Origin: Chungangia koreensis
GTDB taxonomy: Bacteria > Bacillota > Bacilli > Bacillales_A > Planococcaceae
DNA: 32,000 nucleotides
Direction of reading: 5' to 3'
NCBI RefSeq assembly: GCF_042651785.1
Contig: NZ_JBHSEC010000003.1
Location: 72,547-104,546, forward strand
The stretch's first letter is position 1; every line of letters starts with the position of its first letter. A model generated the notes under the pieces. It made no database searches, was not told where the DNA came from, and worked only from the letters and a program-made list of their open reading frames with translations. Below, one piece after another: positions 9,111 to 17,585 of this stretch. The position numbers were made by a program, and so were the translations under genes.

Positions 9111-9764
9111 TCAGATCCTTTCCTCCGTCGGTTTTTGTTTCACCTGCTTAAACAGGATCGGGAAGATTGCTAACATACAAACAATGGTAGTTAAAATAGG
9201 CGTCTGGTTCATCCCTTCAGGCTGGATGGTACCAATGAGGAGCATAACCAGCAGCATAATCGTGGCAAGCTGTATTCTCCATAACGTCCCTTTTGAAATA
9301 TAGAGGAGGACGGCAAAAGATATGATTGTAAAAATGGTGAATGTGAGCATGCCTTGCCAATTCGTTCCGTCATTTAAGAATACCATCAGTACCTGATAAA
9401 TGCATTGAATGAGAATGATTGAAAAAAGGGCTATTTCAGTATCCTTCACAGAAAAGCCATTCTTTTTTAGAGCGAAGAATGTACGTATTAATGCAGCAAC
9501 TACCCCTAAATATATGCCGGTTTGGCCGCCATTAAAATACAGAATCATCAGAGGCGAATCGACAACCATGTTGAAATCTGTGACAACGACACTCAATTTC
9601 CACACGACGATGAAGATGATGACAATATCCGAATACATGTTTTCAGCTTGTTTGCCGTAACGTTTCCAGACAATTAAACCCGTTATAATAAACGCAGCTA
9701 ATAAGGCGATCCATGAAGAAGGGATGGTCAGGGATTTTAGTATAAACCACTGTGTTACAGGCAC
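9111..9764 (-). CDS. Hypothetical polytopic membrane protein (217 aa, about 6-7 TM); no family recognised
   Basis: GTG start at 9764, 9 nt after AAAGGAG. Hydrophobic throughout, with only two Cys (LIQCIYQ, TIVCMLA), both in predicted TM segments. Translationally coupled to the thioredoxin gene. Confidence 0.6.
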   Translation of the reverse strand: MPVTQWFILKSLTIPSSWIALLAAFIITGLIVWKRYGKQAENMYSDIVIIFIVVWKLSVVVTDFNMVVDSPLMILYFNGGQTGIYLGVVAALIRTFFALKKNGFSVKDTEIALFSIILIQCIYQVLMVFLNDGTNWQGMLTFTIFTIISFAVLLYISKGTLWRIQLATIMLLVMLLIGTIQPEGMNQTPILTTIVCMLAIFPILFKQVKQKPTEERI

Positions 9765-9791
9765 AGGAATCGTCTCCTTTAGTTTGGGAGT

Positions 9792-9832
9792 TTAAAAACA
9801 GCCCTGCATCTAATGTAAGATACAGGGCTTGT
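9792..9832 (-). terminator. Rho-independent terminator after the M23 peptidase gene
   Basis: On the minus RNA, ACAAGCCCUG ... CAGGGCUGU form the stem, followed by UUUUUAAA. Confidence 0.6.
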
Positions 9833-9836
9833 CCTC

Positions 9837-11147
9837 TTATAGTGGTACGTAGCGCCAAGGATTGACAGCACTTGGTCCTTTAGATGACCAGTTACCGATA
9901 TGGAACTCAAAGTGCAAGTGGGAGCCAGTTGAACCACCGGATGAACCCATTGCAGCAATGTGTTCTCCTTTATCAACCGATTGGCCAGAACTTACACCGA
10001 TACTCGATAAATGCGCATATACTGTCGTATAGATTTGGCCGTCAACTGAGTGGGTAATCATGATGACATTACCGTAAGTTCCCATCGTCCCGGCATAAGA
10101 AACGACACCGTCACCAGCTGCATAGATGGGAGTACCAACACTGTTAGCAATATCTTGTCCACGGTGAGCCTTATAAACTCCAGTAATCGGATGGACACGC
10201 CCTCCAAAACCGGATGAGAAACGTCCGGAAGCCGGGCTTGTCCAATCTCCACTTGATACGGTAGGAGAAGAACTGCCGCCGCTATTAGTGCTATTGTTTT
10301 TATTTTGAGCAGCTTTTTTTGCAGCAGCTTCTCTACGTTTACGTTCTGCCTCTTTGCGAGCAATCTCTGCTAAACGTTTCTGTTCGGCTACAATTTTCGC
10401 CTCAAGTTCTTCGCTTACTTGGTGAGCATCATGTAAATCTTCTTCAAGATCTGCCTTTTCAGCACGAAGTTTTGCTACTTCAGCCTCCAACTGATCGACT
10501 AATTTACCTTGTTGGACTTTTTGTTGATCAAGTGAAGCCTTTAAATCTATTAACTTCTGTTTATTCAATTCTTGTTGTGCACGCTTATCTTCCACTAATT
10601 TCTTTTGTTCTTCAAGCGCTTGTTTATCAGCCGCTTGTTCTTCTAAGATCTTGCGGTCTGCCTCCATTAACGTATTTACAGCAGAGAAGCGGTCAATAAA
10701 GTCAATGAAGCTGTTGGCACCTAATAACACATCTAAATAGTTAACAGAACCACCGCTTGCTTGAACTGCACGAATCCGCTCGCGTAGCAATTCGTCACGT
10801 TCAGCAATTTTCTTTTCCAATTTGGCAATTGAAACTTTTAATTCGTCAATTTCCTTTGTTGTCTGAGCGATTTCTTCATTTACATGTTTGATCTTACCAT
10901 TAGTATTTGCAATTTTATTATTCAGCTCTTGGATTTTCTCTTGGAGCAATTGAATTTCAGTTTTATTTTTATTAATCTCTACGTTCTTTTCACCAATTTG
11001 TGAATCTAAACTATCTTTTTTCTGTTCAATTTGTTTTTGCTGATCCTTCAAGTTGCTCATTGTATCGGCCATTGCAGCCGGTGCGGAAAAAGCAAAACCT
11101 ACAGTCGCAGCCACTGACAGCAGCATCCATTTCGATTTCTTCAACAT
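9837..11147 (-). CDS. Secreted coiled-coil M23/LytM peptidoglycan endopeptidase (EnvC/PcsB-like partner of FtsEX)
   Basis: 436 aa with a signal peptide (MLKKSKWMLLSVAATVGFAFSAPAAMA), about 270 aa of heptad-rich coiled coil and a Ser/Asn-rich linker. The C-terminal M23 domain has intact HxxxD (HRGQD) and HxH (HLHFEFH) motifs. The gene lies 32 nt downstream of ftsX. Confidence 0.85.
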   Translation of the reverse strand: MLKKSKWMLLSVAATVGFAFSAPAAMADTMSNLKDQQKQIEQKKDSLDSQIGEKNVEINKNKTEIQLLQEKIQELNNKIANTNGKIKHVNEEIAQTTKEIDELKVSIAKLEKKIAERDELLRERIRAVQASGGSVNYLDVLLGANSFIDFIDRFSAVNTLMEADRKILEEQAADKQALEEQKKLVEDKRAQQELNKQKLIDLKASLDQQKVQQGKLVDQLEAEVAKLRAEKADLEEDLHDAHQVSEELEAKIVAEQKRLAEIARKEAERKRREAAAKKAAQNKNNSTNSGGSSSPTVSSGDWTSPASGRFSSGFGGRVHPITGVYKAHRGQDIANSVGTPIYAAGDGVVSYAGTMGTYGNVIMITHSVDGQIYTTVYAHLSSIGVSSGQSVDKGEHIAAMGSSGGSTGSHLHFEFHIGNWSSKGPSAVNPWRYVPL

Positions 11148-11179
11148 TCATTCCCCTTCCGAATCTATGAATCTATTAT

Positions 11180-12064
11180 CTAAACTCGCAAAAACTTACG
11201 GACAGACATGAAACTTCCCCAAACACCGATAAAGATTCCCATTAGTAATATCAAACCGTCCACCTGCAAGATGAAGGGATTAAACTCTAATATTTGGAAA
11301 AGCGTATTATCAAGGCGCGGTTGTAATGCTTCATGAAGTTTATAGTAACCAAATGTGACGACAGCAATCGGCAAGATTGAACCGAGCACTCCGTACCACA
11401 TACCTTCCAATACAAATGGGATGCGGACAAAGTTATTTGTGGCACCTACAAGTTTCATAATCTCAATTTCTCGTCCACGGGCAACAATTGTGATCCGGAT
11501 CGTGTTTGAAATTAGGAACATTGCGGTAAATAATAGTGCAAGGATCAGACCTAATCCAACATTTCGACTAAGATTTAGGATATTGAAAAGACGTTCGATT
11601 TTCTCTTCACCATAGATGACATTATCGACGTGATCGAGCTTCCCAATTTCCTTTGCAACCAAATCCGTTTCCTGCGGATTCTCCGCACGCACATAAAATG
11701 CGTCGTGGAGTGGATTGCTTTGTTCGTACAAACGTAAAGCTTCCCCGAAATCTTTGACTAAATCGTTCAACTCTTCACCTTTCGGAGAGTATTGAACCTC
11801 TGCGACACCATCCATCGCATTTAACTGTTGTTCCAGTTGCTTGACTGCCGCTTCATCTGCAGTCAAATCGACAAGTGTTTTAATTTCTACATCATTCTCT
11901 AAGTTGTCTGCAATCTTATTCAAGTTCATCATGATGACGATAAACACGCCTACCAAAAGTAACGTTACAGTCACGGCACTAACTGATGCGAATGTCATCC
12001 AGCTGTTCCTGCCGAGACTCTTGAAACTTTCCCGGATATGACGGCCAAATGTCCTAGCTTTCAT
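11180..12064 (-). CDS. ftsX: Cell-division ABC transporter permease-like protein FtsX
   Basis: The start is trimmed to ATG 12064 (MKARTFGRHIRESFKSLGRNSWMTFASVSAV), 9 nt after GGAGGTG, and overlaps the ftsE stop by 11 nt. Similarity to B. subtilis FtsX is strong throughout. Confidence 0.9.
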   Translation of the reverse strand: MKARTFGRHIRESFKSLGRNSWMTFASVSAVTVTLLLVGVFIVIMMNLNKIADNLENDVEIKTLVDLTADEAAVKQLEQQLNAMDGVAEVQYSPKGEELNDLVKDFGEALRLYEQSNPLHDAFYVRAENPQETDLVAKEIGKLDHVDNVIYGEEKIERLFNILNLSRNVGLGLILALLFTAMFLISNTIRITIVARGREIEIMKLVGATNNFVRIPFVLEGMWYGVLGSILPIAVVTFGYYKLHEALQPRLDNTLFQILEFNPFILQVDGLILLMGIFIGVWGSFMSVRKFLRV

Positions 12065-12740
12065 AACCGTAATCACCTCCGAGCTCGTCCCTCATAATGA
12101 GCCCGCCTTCAATCGCTATGACCCTATGTCTCACTGTGTTGACGATTTCCTTATTATGCGTAGCCATGACAATCGTAGTGCCACGGTTATTGATTTCTTC
12201 AAATATATTCATGATCTCCCAAGATGTCTCTGGATCGAGGTTACCTGTAGGCTCGTCTGCAATCACTACTTTCGGATTGTTGACGATTGAACGTGCAATT
12301 GCGACACGTTGCTGTTCACCGCCAGATAATTCGTTCGGGAACATTCTTGCTTTATGTTTCAATCCGACAAGTTCGAGTACATCTGTTACACGTTTGCGGA
12401 TGACTTTCGGAGACTCCTCGATTACCTCAAGTGCGAATGCTATATTCTCGTAAACATTCAATTTAGGGAGTAGTTTGAAGTCCTGAAACACAACACCAAG
12501 TTGGCGTCTTAATAGTGGTACACGTTTGTTTTTCAAAGTAGCCAAATTTACACCGTTCACTATAATGTCGCCGGAAGAAGGTCTTTCTTCGCGGTACATC
12601 ATTTTGATGAACGTCGATTTCCCTGCACCACTCGGTCCCACGACGTACACGAATTCGCCTTGCTTGATTTCTACATCAATACCGTTTGCAGCAACAACGC
12701 CGTTTTGGTATTTCTTGTAGACATTTTTCATTTCTATCAT
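12054..12740 (-). CDS. ftsE: Cell-division ABC transporter ATP-binding protein FtsE
   Basis: The start is trimmed to ATG 12740 (MIEMKNVYKKYQNG...), 8 nt after AGGTGG. Walker A is GPSGAGKST, the signature is LSGGEQQR and Walker B is VVIADEPT. The match to B. subtilis FtsE is nearly collinear. Confidence 0.92.
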   Translation of the reverse strand: MIEMKNVYKKYQNGVVAANGIDVEIKQGEFVYVVGPSGAGKSTFIKMMYREERPSSGDIIVNGVNLATLKNKRVPLLRRQLGVVFQDFKLLPKLNVYENIAFALEVIEESPKVIRKRVTDVLELVGLKHKARMFPNELSGGEQQRVAIARSIVNNPKVVIADEPTGNLDPETSWEIMNIFEEINNRGTTIVMATHNKEIVNTVRHRVIAIEGGLIMRDELGGDYGYES

Positions 12741-12797
12741 TCTTAGAACCACCTAAAGTTTTTTCTACAAGTGTTGCCGTTTTTCGACGGCAAACCA

Positions 12798-12806
12798 ATT
12801 ATAACA
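12798..12806 (-). promoter_or_regulatory. Candidate extended -10 (TGTTATAAT) of the ftsEX promoter
   Basis: The minus strand reads ...atcaTGtTATAATtgg about 55 nt upstream of the ftsE ATG. The -35 is weak. A short hairpin (TTGCCGT/ACGGCAA) follows in the leader. Confidence 0.4.
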
Positions 12807-13040
12807 TGATATTCTACACGTTTTATTACAGTTATGTATCAATTTACATTGATTTAGGGCATCATTCCTCAGCGTTTTTGGTACTTTCGGTATAAACTTC
12901 TACTAACGTCGAATGACCTACTTTTTTGTCTAATTCTCCGCGGTATTAAGAAACTCCTCTTTTTTCTATTAAATATTTTTTCGACAAACGAAGGAGGTTC
13001 ACGTTTGTAATAATTAGGAAATAAATGGCGGAAATGTGGC

Positions 13041-13081
13041 AAAAAAAATCCCATCACTTTTGTTTAGTGATGGGATCTTTT
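13041..13081 (-). terminator. Rho-independent terminator of cccB (hairpin is symmetric enough to act on both strands)
   Basis: An 11-bp perfect stem ATCCCATCACT/AGTGATGGGAT with a 7-nt loop, followed by an 8-U run on the minus strand. Confidence 0.85.
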
Positions 13082-13090
13082 TATACATAA

Positions 13091-13444
13091 TTATTTTTGC
13101 TTAGATAAATAATCTACAACAGCATCCAAGTCTTCACCTGAAATAAGTCCGGGAGGCATTTGTCCTTTACCATTTTCAATGGTGCTGCGAATTTCATCTG
13201 CAGACAAACGGCCACCAACATCGTTAAGAGATGGTCCCATTCCGCCTTCAAGGTTTTGACCATGGCAGGAAATACAGCTTTGGTTCAATACTTCTTCAGC
13301 GTGAGCAGTTGTATCTGCGCCGCCTCCATTGTCGCCGTTTCCGCCGTTGTTGTTGTTGTCGCCGCCTGCATTATCGTTGCCGCCGCCACAAGCGCCAAGA
13401 ACTAAACCAGCGCCCAATAACAACATCATGAACTTTTTCTTCAT
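13091..13444 (-). CDS. cccB: Membrane-bound lipoprotein cytochrome c-551
   Basis: 117 aa with a lipobox (LVLGAC), a Gly/Asn/Asp low-complexity tether, the heme c motif CISCH and a distal Met (GQMPPG). It lies between the yvjA-like gene and ftsE, as in B. subtilis. Confidence 0.85.
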   Translation of the reverse strand: MKKKFMMLLLGAGLVLGACGGGNDNAGGDNNNNGGNGDNGGGADTTAHAEEVLNQSCISCHGQNLEGGMGPSLNDVGGRLSADEIRSTIENGKGQMPPGLISGEDLDAVVDYLSKQK

Positions 13445-13484
13445 TTAGCTTTCCCTCCTGTTGGTATTAATGAAGTACATCATT

Positions 13485-13493
13485 AGTATAGCA
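13485..13493 (-). promoter_or_regulatory. Candidate extended -10 (TGCTATACT) upstream of cccB
   Basis: The minus strand reads aatTGCTATACTaatg about 40 nt upstream of the cccB ATG. There is no convincing -35. Confidence 0.35.
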
Positions 13494-13517
13494 ATTAAAT
13501 TTGCTATCATACTGTTC

Positions 13518-14393
13518 CTATACCCGTTTAAAACCTTCACCAAGCACTTCATGTGCATCCGCAACAATGACAAATGCTCGTGGATCTACCGTTTGCACAA
13601 CTTCTTTCAATTTTGTGAACTCGGTTTGGTGAACAACAACCAGTACAATCGGCTTTTCTTCATTCGTATAACCACCATATGCAGGAAGTTTCGTCACACC
13701 GCGATTGACGACTTTGTAAATGGCATCCCGCACTTCAGCTTGACGGTTAGTAATAATGTACACCATTTTAGAACGGCCCAAACCTAATTGGACCATATCA
13801 ATTGTTTTGGATGTAACGTAAAGCCCAATAACTGCGTATAACCCTTTTTCAATATCAAACGCAAGCGCAGCCGACAATACAATGACTCCGTCGATAAAAG
13901 CCACACACGAACCCAAAGTCATCCCCGTGTACTTATGAACAATTTGGGCAGCCAAGTCTGTACCGCCAGTCGAACCTTTCCCACGGAAAACAATTCCGAT
14001 GCCAAGCCCGACCGTAATACCGCCGAAAATAGACGCCAACAATGGGTTCATAGTCCAAGGCTCCCAAGTTTCCGTCCAAAACACGACTAACGGAAGGAAC
14101 ACTGTACCGACCAATGTTTTGATGCCGAACTGGCGACCTAATAAGAGTATTCCCGCAATGAACAAAGGAATATTCAACGCCCACTGCACAAACGCCGGTT
14201 TCCAGCCAAGCAGTCCGTATAGTATCGTACTAATCCCGCTCACGCCGCCAGACGCAATCTCATTCGGCAATAAAAACACGTTAAAACCAATCGCAATAAT
14301 GGCCGATCCGATTAAAACGTGGATATATTCTAATATGGTTTTAAAAGTTGGATTCAATTCAACTGGAGTTCTCCGATTCATAATCTGCCTCAT
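13518..14393 (-). CDS. yvjA: YitT-family membrane protein (DUF2179 C-terminal domain), YvjA-like
   Basis: 291 aa with 5 TM segments (GFNVFLLPNEIASGGVSGIS is typical of YitT) and a soluble C-terminal domain. An alternative start is ATG 14381, which follows GAGG. Confidence 0.75.
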   Translation of the reverse strand: MRQIMNRRTPVELNPTFKTILEYIHVLIGSAIIAIGFNVFLLPNEIASGGVSGISTILYGLLGWKPAFVQWALNIPLFIAGILLLGRQFGIKTLVGTVFLPLVVFWTETWEPWTMNPLLASIFGGITVGLGIGIVFRGKGSTGGTDLAAQIVHKYTGMTLGSCVAFIDGVIVLSAALAFDIEKGLYAVIGLYVTSKTIDMVQLGLGRSKMVYIITNRQAEVRDAIYKVVNRGVTKLPAYGGYTNEEKPIVLVVVHQTEFTKLKEVVQTVDPRAFVIVADAHEVLGEGFKRV

Positions 14394-14417
14394 TTCTATG
14401 TCGTAATGCCAAAAGAG

Positions 14418-14446
14418 AGTATAGCAGAGGCAGCGCCGGCTGTGAA
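14418..14446 (-). promoter_or_regulatory. Candidate sigma-A promoter of the yvjA-like gene
   Basis: Minus strand TTCACA, 17 nt, TATACT, with TGC immediately upstream of the -10 (TGCTATACT). It ends about 25 nt before the ATG. Confidence 0.5.
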
Positions 14447-14585
14447 GTTCATTACTGCGGCGCGTTGAAGTGGTGAAAACCTACATAGAGTGCTTTTAAG
14501 AAAATGTGATCGGAATTTGGAAGTTTGAGGATAGCTGACAACTTTGTATGCGGTGAAATTATTATTCACTTTAATCAAAAAGGCA

Positions 14586-14613
14586 TTCAAAATGTCATTA
14601 AAATTGCTATAAT
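14586..14613 (+). promoter_or_regulatory. Candidate sigma-A promoter of the LysR regulator gene
   Basis: TTCAAA, 16 nt, TATAAT, with a perfect extended -10 (TGCTATAAT). It lies about 35 nt upstream of ATG 14648. Confidence 0.55.
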
Positions 14614-14647
14614 TTAATAACTATTCAGAAAAAAGGGGATATTGAAT

Positions 14648-15568
14648 ATGGATTTAAAAGATTGTTCTTTACTACTATCTTTATATGAAGAAAAAAATTT
14701 GAGAAAAGTCGCTGAAAAACTTTATATATCCCAACCTGCAATTACATATCGTTTGAAACAGATTGAAGATAAGTTTCAAGCACGTTTAGTGGAAAGGACC
14801 AATAAAGGAGTTGTCTTTACTTTGGAAGGCGAGCATGTCGTGAAATTTGCCCAGACAATGCTAAATGAGTTTTCCGCTGCAAAGGACTATGTTTATAACA
14901 TGAGCAGCGAAGTCCGTGGAGTTCTTAGACTATCAGTTACCAGTAATTTCGCCCAATATATTTTACCTAATCTCCTTAAGAGATTCTCAGAGCAGTATCC
15001 CAATGTGCAAATACATCTTAAAACAGGAAAGAGCAAAAATGTCCTTCAGCAGCTTAAAGATGACGATGCCCATCTCGCTATTTTAAGAGGTGATTACGCT
15101 TGGCTGGAGGAAAAAAAGAAAATCCATCAAGAAAGGATCCTTCTTATTTCAAAAATCCCTTTAAAGATGGAAAATCTCCCTGACTATCCTCGGATTTTTT
15201 ACGTAACGGATCAACTATTAAGCCAGATTATCGATAACTGGTGGACCGAAAACTACTCATCTCCTCCAAACAATGTAGTGGAAGCCGACAAGGTAGAGGC
15301 TTGCAGGGATTTGGCGAGAACAGGAATGGGGTACACAATCATCCCTGAAATTTGCCTTAGCAAATCACATTTTGACGAGATGTTTGTGTACCCTCTTAAA
15401 AGTCCTCAAGAAGACTTAACTATTCGGAATACTTGGCTTCTCCATAAAAGGAAATCCCGAGAATTATCTGTAGTAGATGCCTTCATTGATTTTATCGAAA
15501 ATGAATTGAAATCCGGTGAGATCATTCGCGTTTTCAATCCGGAAGAACATGTCGAACTTCTAATTTGA
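14648..15568 (+). CDS. LysR-family transcriptional regulator
   Basis: The start is trimmed to ATG 14648 (MDLKDCSLLLSLYEEKN...), 8 nt after AAGGGGA. There is an N-terminal wHTH (LRKVAEKLYISQPAITYRLKQIEDKF) and a LysR substrate-binding domain. Confidence 0.85.
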   Translation: MDLKDCSLLLSLYEEKNLRKVAEKLYISQPAITYRLKQIEDKFQARLVERTNKGVVFTLEGEHVVKFAQTMLNEFSAAKDYVYNMSSEVRGVLRLSVTSNFAQYILPNLLKRFSEQYPNVQIHLKTGKSKNVLQQLKDDDAHLAILRGDYAWLEEKKKIHQERILLISKIPLKMENLPDYPRIFYVTDQLLSQIIDNWWTENYSSPPNNVVEADKVEACRDLARTGMGYTIIPEICLSKSHFDEMFVYPLKSPQEDLTIRNTWLLHKRKSRELSVVDAFIDFIENELKSGEIIRVFNPEEHVELLI

Positions 15569-16600
15569 AAGCAGCAGACCATCGTCATAGTTTTTGAGAA
15601 TCCCCTTACCCGATACAAGGGGGTAGTGGCATGCAACGGAATGTCCCTCTTCAAATGCATTTAACTCAGGTGTTTCTTGTTTACAAAGGTCAGTTGCGTA
15701 TGGACATCTAGTATGGAACCTGCATCCACTTGGCGGATTGACGGGACTCGGAAGATCCCCCTCCAAAACTTGTCGGGTTCCTCTTTTTCTTAATGTTGGA
15801 TCTGGTATTGGAATAGCCTGCAATAATCCTTCCGTGTATGGATGAAGAGGCTTGCTGAATAACTGCTCCTTCGTTCCAAGCTCAACGATTTTCCCTAAAT
15901 ACATCACTGCAATTCGATCGCTTATATATTTTACAGCTGGTAAGCCATGGGCGATAAAAATATAGGTAAGTCCGAACTCCTTTTGTAACTTTGCAATTAA
16001 ATTCAAAATCTGTGATTGTACCGATACATCCAGGGCAGAAACTGGCTCATCACAAATAATAAGCTTCGGATTTAATGCAAGAGCCCTTGCAATGCCGATT
16101 CGCTGCCTTTGACCACCGCTAAACTCATGTGGATATCGGTTCGCATGCTCCGGACGAAGTCCTACAATCTCCAAAAGTTCCTTTACTCGATTCTTCAATT
16201 CTTTGCCCCTATGCAATTTATGGGCAATTAAAGGTTCGGCTATAAGATCAAACACCTTTAAACGTGGATTTAGCGAAGAAAAAGGATCTTGAAAAATCAT
16301 CTGTATATGCTTCCGCTCCTGTCTCAATTCACTCTTGGACAGTTTGGTCAGATTTTTACCGTTAAAAATAATAGTCCCTTCGGTTGGTTCAAGGATATTC
16401 ATAATCAGGTTTCCTGTTGTTGACTTTCCACAACCTGACTCCCCTACAATGCCTAAGGTTTCCCCTTTTTTCACTTCAAAGGCAACACCATCAACAGCTT
16501 TCAAAAATTCCTTGCTTTTGGAAAGGAAACCTGACTCGAGCTCGAAGTATTTCTTTAGATCCTTTACTTGTAACAAGACTTCCTCATTCGACGATTGCAT
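15560..16600 (-). CDS. Oligopeptide/dipeptide ABC transporter ATP-binding protein (OppF/DppF type)
   Basis: Walker A GESGCGKST, signature FSGGQRQR, Walker B LIICDEPVSALD. The C-terminal oligopeptide-type extension carries a Cys cluster (CRFHTRCPYATDLC). Confidence 0.88.
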   Translation of the reverse strand: MQSSNEEVLLQVKDLKKYFELESGFLSKSKEFLKAVDGVAFEVKKGETLGIVGESGCGKSTTGNLIMNILEPTEGTIIFNGKNLTKLSKSELRQERKHIQMIFQDPFSSLNPRLKVFDLIAEPLIAHKLHRGKELKNRVKELLEIVGLRPEHANRYPHEFSGGQRQRIGIARALALNPKLIICDEPVSALDVSVQSQILNLIAKLQKEFGLTYIFIAHGLPAVKYISDRIAVMYLGKIVELGTKEQLFSKPLHPYTEGLLQAIPIPDPTLRKRGTRQVLEGDLPSPVNPPSGCRFHTRCPYATDLCKQETPELNAFEEGHSVACHYPLVSGKGILKNYDDGLLLSN

Positions 16601-17585
16601 GCTGGGTCACCACCTCTTCTTTATGCAGCCAGCAGCGCACTTGATGTGTTTCATCACCAAATAATTCAGGAGAATGCTCACGGCAATGATCCATTCTAAG
16701 TGGACAACGAGAATAAAACCTACAACCCTTCGGCCAATTCGAAGCGCTTGGAACTGATCCTGGAATTGCCTTCAGTTCATCTTCCAGTTCATGTACCTTT
16801 GGTGTACTTTCCATTAGACCGACCGTGTATGGGTGCTTCGGCTCCTTGAAAATAGTAAATACGTCCGACTCTTCAACAACTTGACCAGCATACATGACAA
16901 TCACTTTATCAGCCATCTCAGCAACTACACCTAAGTCATGGGTAATGATTATAATAGACGTATTAAATTCCTCTTTTAACTCAAGCATCAGATTCAAGAT
17001 TTGCGCCTGTATGGTAACATCAAGCGCTGTCGTCGGCTCATCAGCAATGAGTATTTTCGGGTTACAAGAAAGAGCCATGGCAATCATTACCCTTTGCCTC
17101 ATACCACCGCTAAGTGAGTGAGGGTAAGATTCGTATATCTTCTCTGGCCTGGCTATGCCCACCTTCTTCAGTAATTCAATACTCTTAGTTTTCGCTTCCT
17201 TTTTACTAACAGATTGATGCAGCAGAATCGTTTCCGCTATTTGCTCACCAACTTTAAAAACCGGATTGAGCGATGTTAAAGGTTCCTGAAAAATCATGGA
17301 TATGTCATTCCCACGGATTTTCCGCATTTCGCTTTCCTTAATTTTCGCCAAGTCCTTACCATCAAATAGAATAGAACCTCCGTCGATTTTTCCAGGAGGG
17401 TTTATTAAACGGAGGATAGAGAAAGACGTGACGCTTTTTCCGCAACCGGATTCGCCGACGATTGCAATTGTTTCTCCTTTATTCATGGTAAATGAAACAC
17501 CATCAACCGCCTTTACCTGCCCATCTTCTGTATAGAATGATGTTCTAAGATTCTCAACTTTAAGTGCTATATTCTCCAATGCCAT
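16584..17585 (-). CDS. Oligopeptide/dipeptide ABC transporter ATP-binding protein (OppD/DppD type)
   Basis: The start is trimmed to ATG 17585 (MALENIALKVENLRTSF...), which shares one base with the upstream stop (TGATG). Walker A GESGCGKSV, signature LSGGMRQR, C-terminal CRFYSRCPLRMDHC. Confidence 0.88.
   Translation of the reverse strand: MALENIALKVENLRTSFYTEDGQVKAVDGVSFTMNKGETIAIVGESGCGKSVTSFSILRLINPPGKIDGGSILFDGKDLAKIKESEMRKIRGNDISMIFQEPLTSLNPVFKVGEQIAETILLHQSVSKKEAKTKSIELLKKVGIARPEKIYESYPHSLSGGMRQRVMIAMALSCNPKILIADEPTTALDVTIQAQILNLMLELKEEFNTSIIIITHDLGVVAEMADKVIVMYAGQVVEESDVFTIFKEPKHPYTVGLMESTPKVHELEDELKAIPGSVPSASNWPKGCRFYSRCPLRMDHCREHSPELFGDETHQVRCWLHKEEVVTQHAIVE

Noticed and set aside
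10058-10699. ORFs of 101 and 126 aa inside the M23 peptidase gene
   Set aside because: They are alternative or antisense frames of the repetitive coiled-coil coding region. The Leu/Gln/Val-rich pseudo-proteins have no translation signals.
12869-13057. 62-aa highly basic minus-strand ORF in the cccB-ftsE intergenic region
   Set aside because: Its ATG lies inside the cccB terminator hairpin, it has no SD, and its low-complexity Arg/Lys/Phe composition comes from AT-rich promoter DNA.
13330-13400. Repetitive GGC/AAC/GAC codons in cccB (Gly/Asn/Asp tether) as a possible variable repeat
   Set aside because: It is low-complexity linker coding sequence typical of lipoprotein tethers and has no regular repeat unit.
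14396-14590. 64-aa ORF, and a possible riboswitch or leader, between the yvjA-like gene and the LysR gene
   Set aside because: The candidate yvjA promoter lies only about 25 nt from the ATG, leaving no room for a leader. The ORF has no SD. I recognised no conserved riboswitch or T-box motifs.
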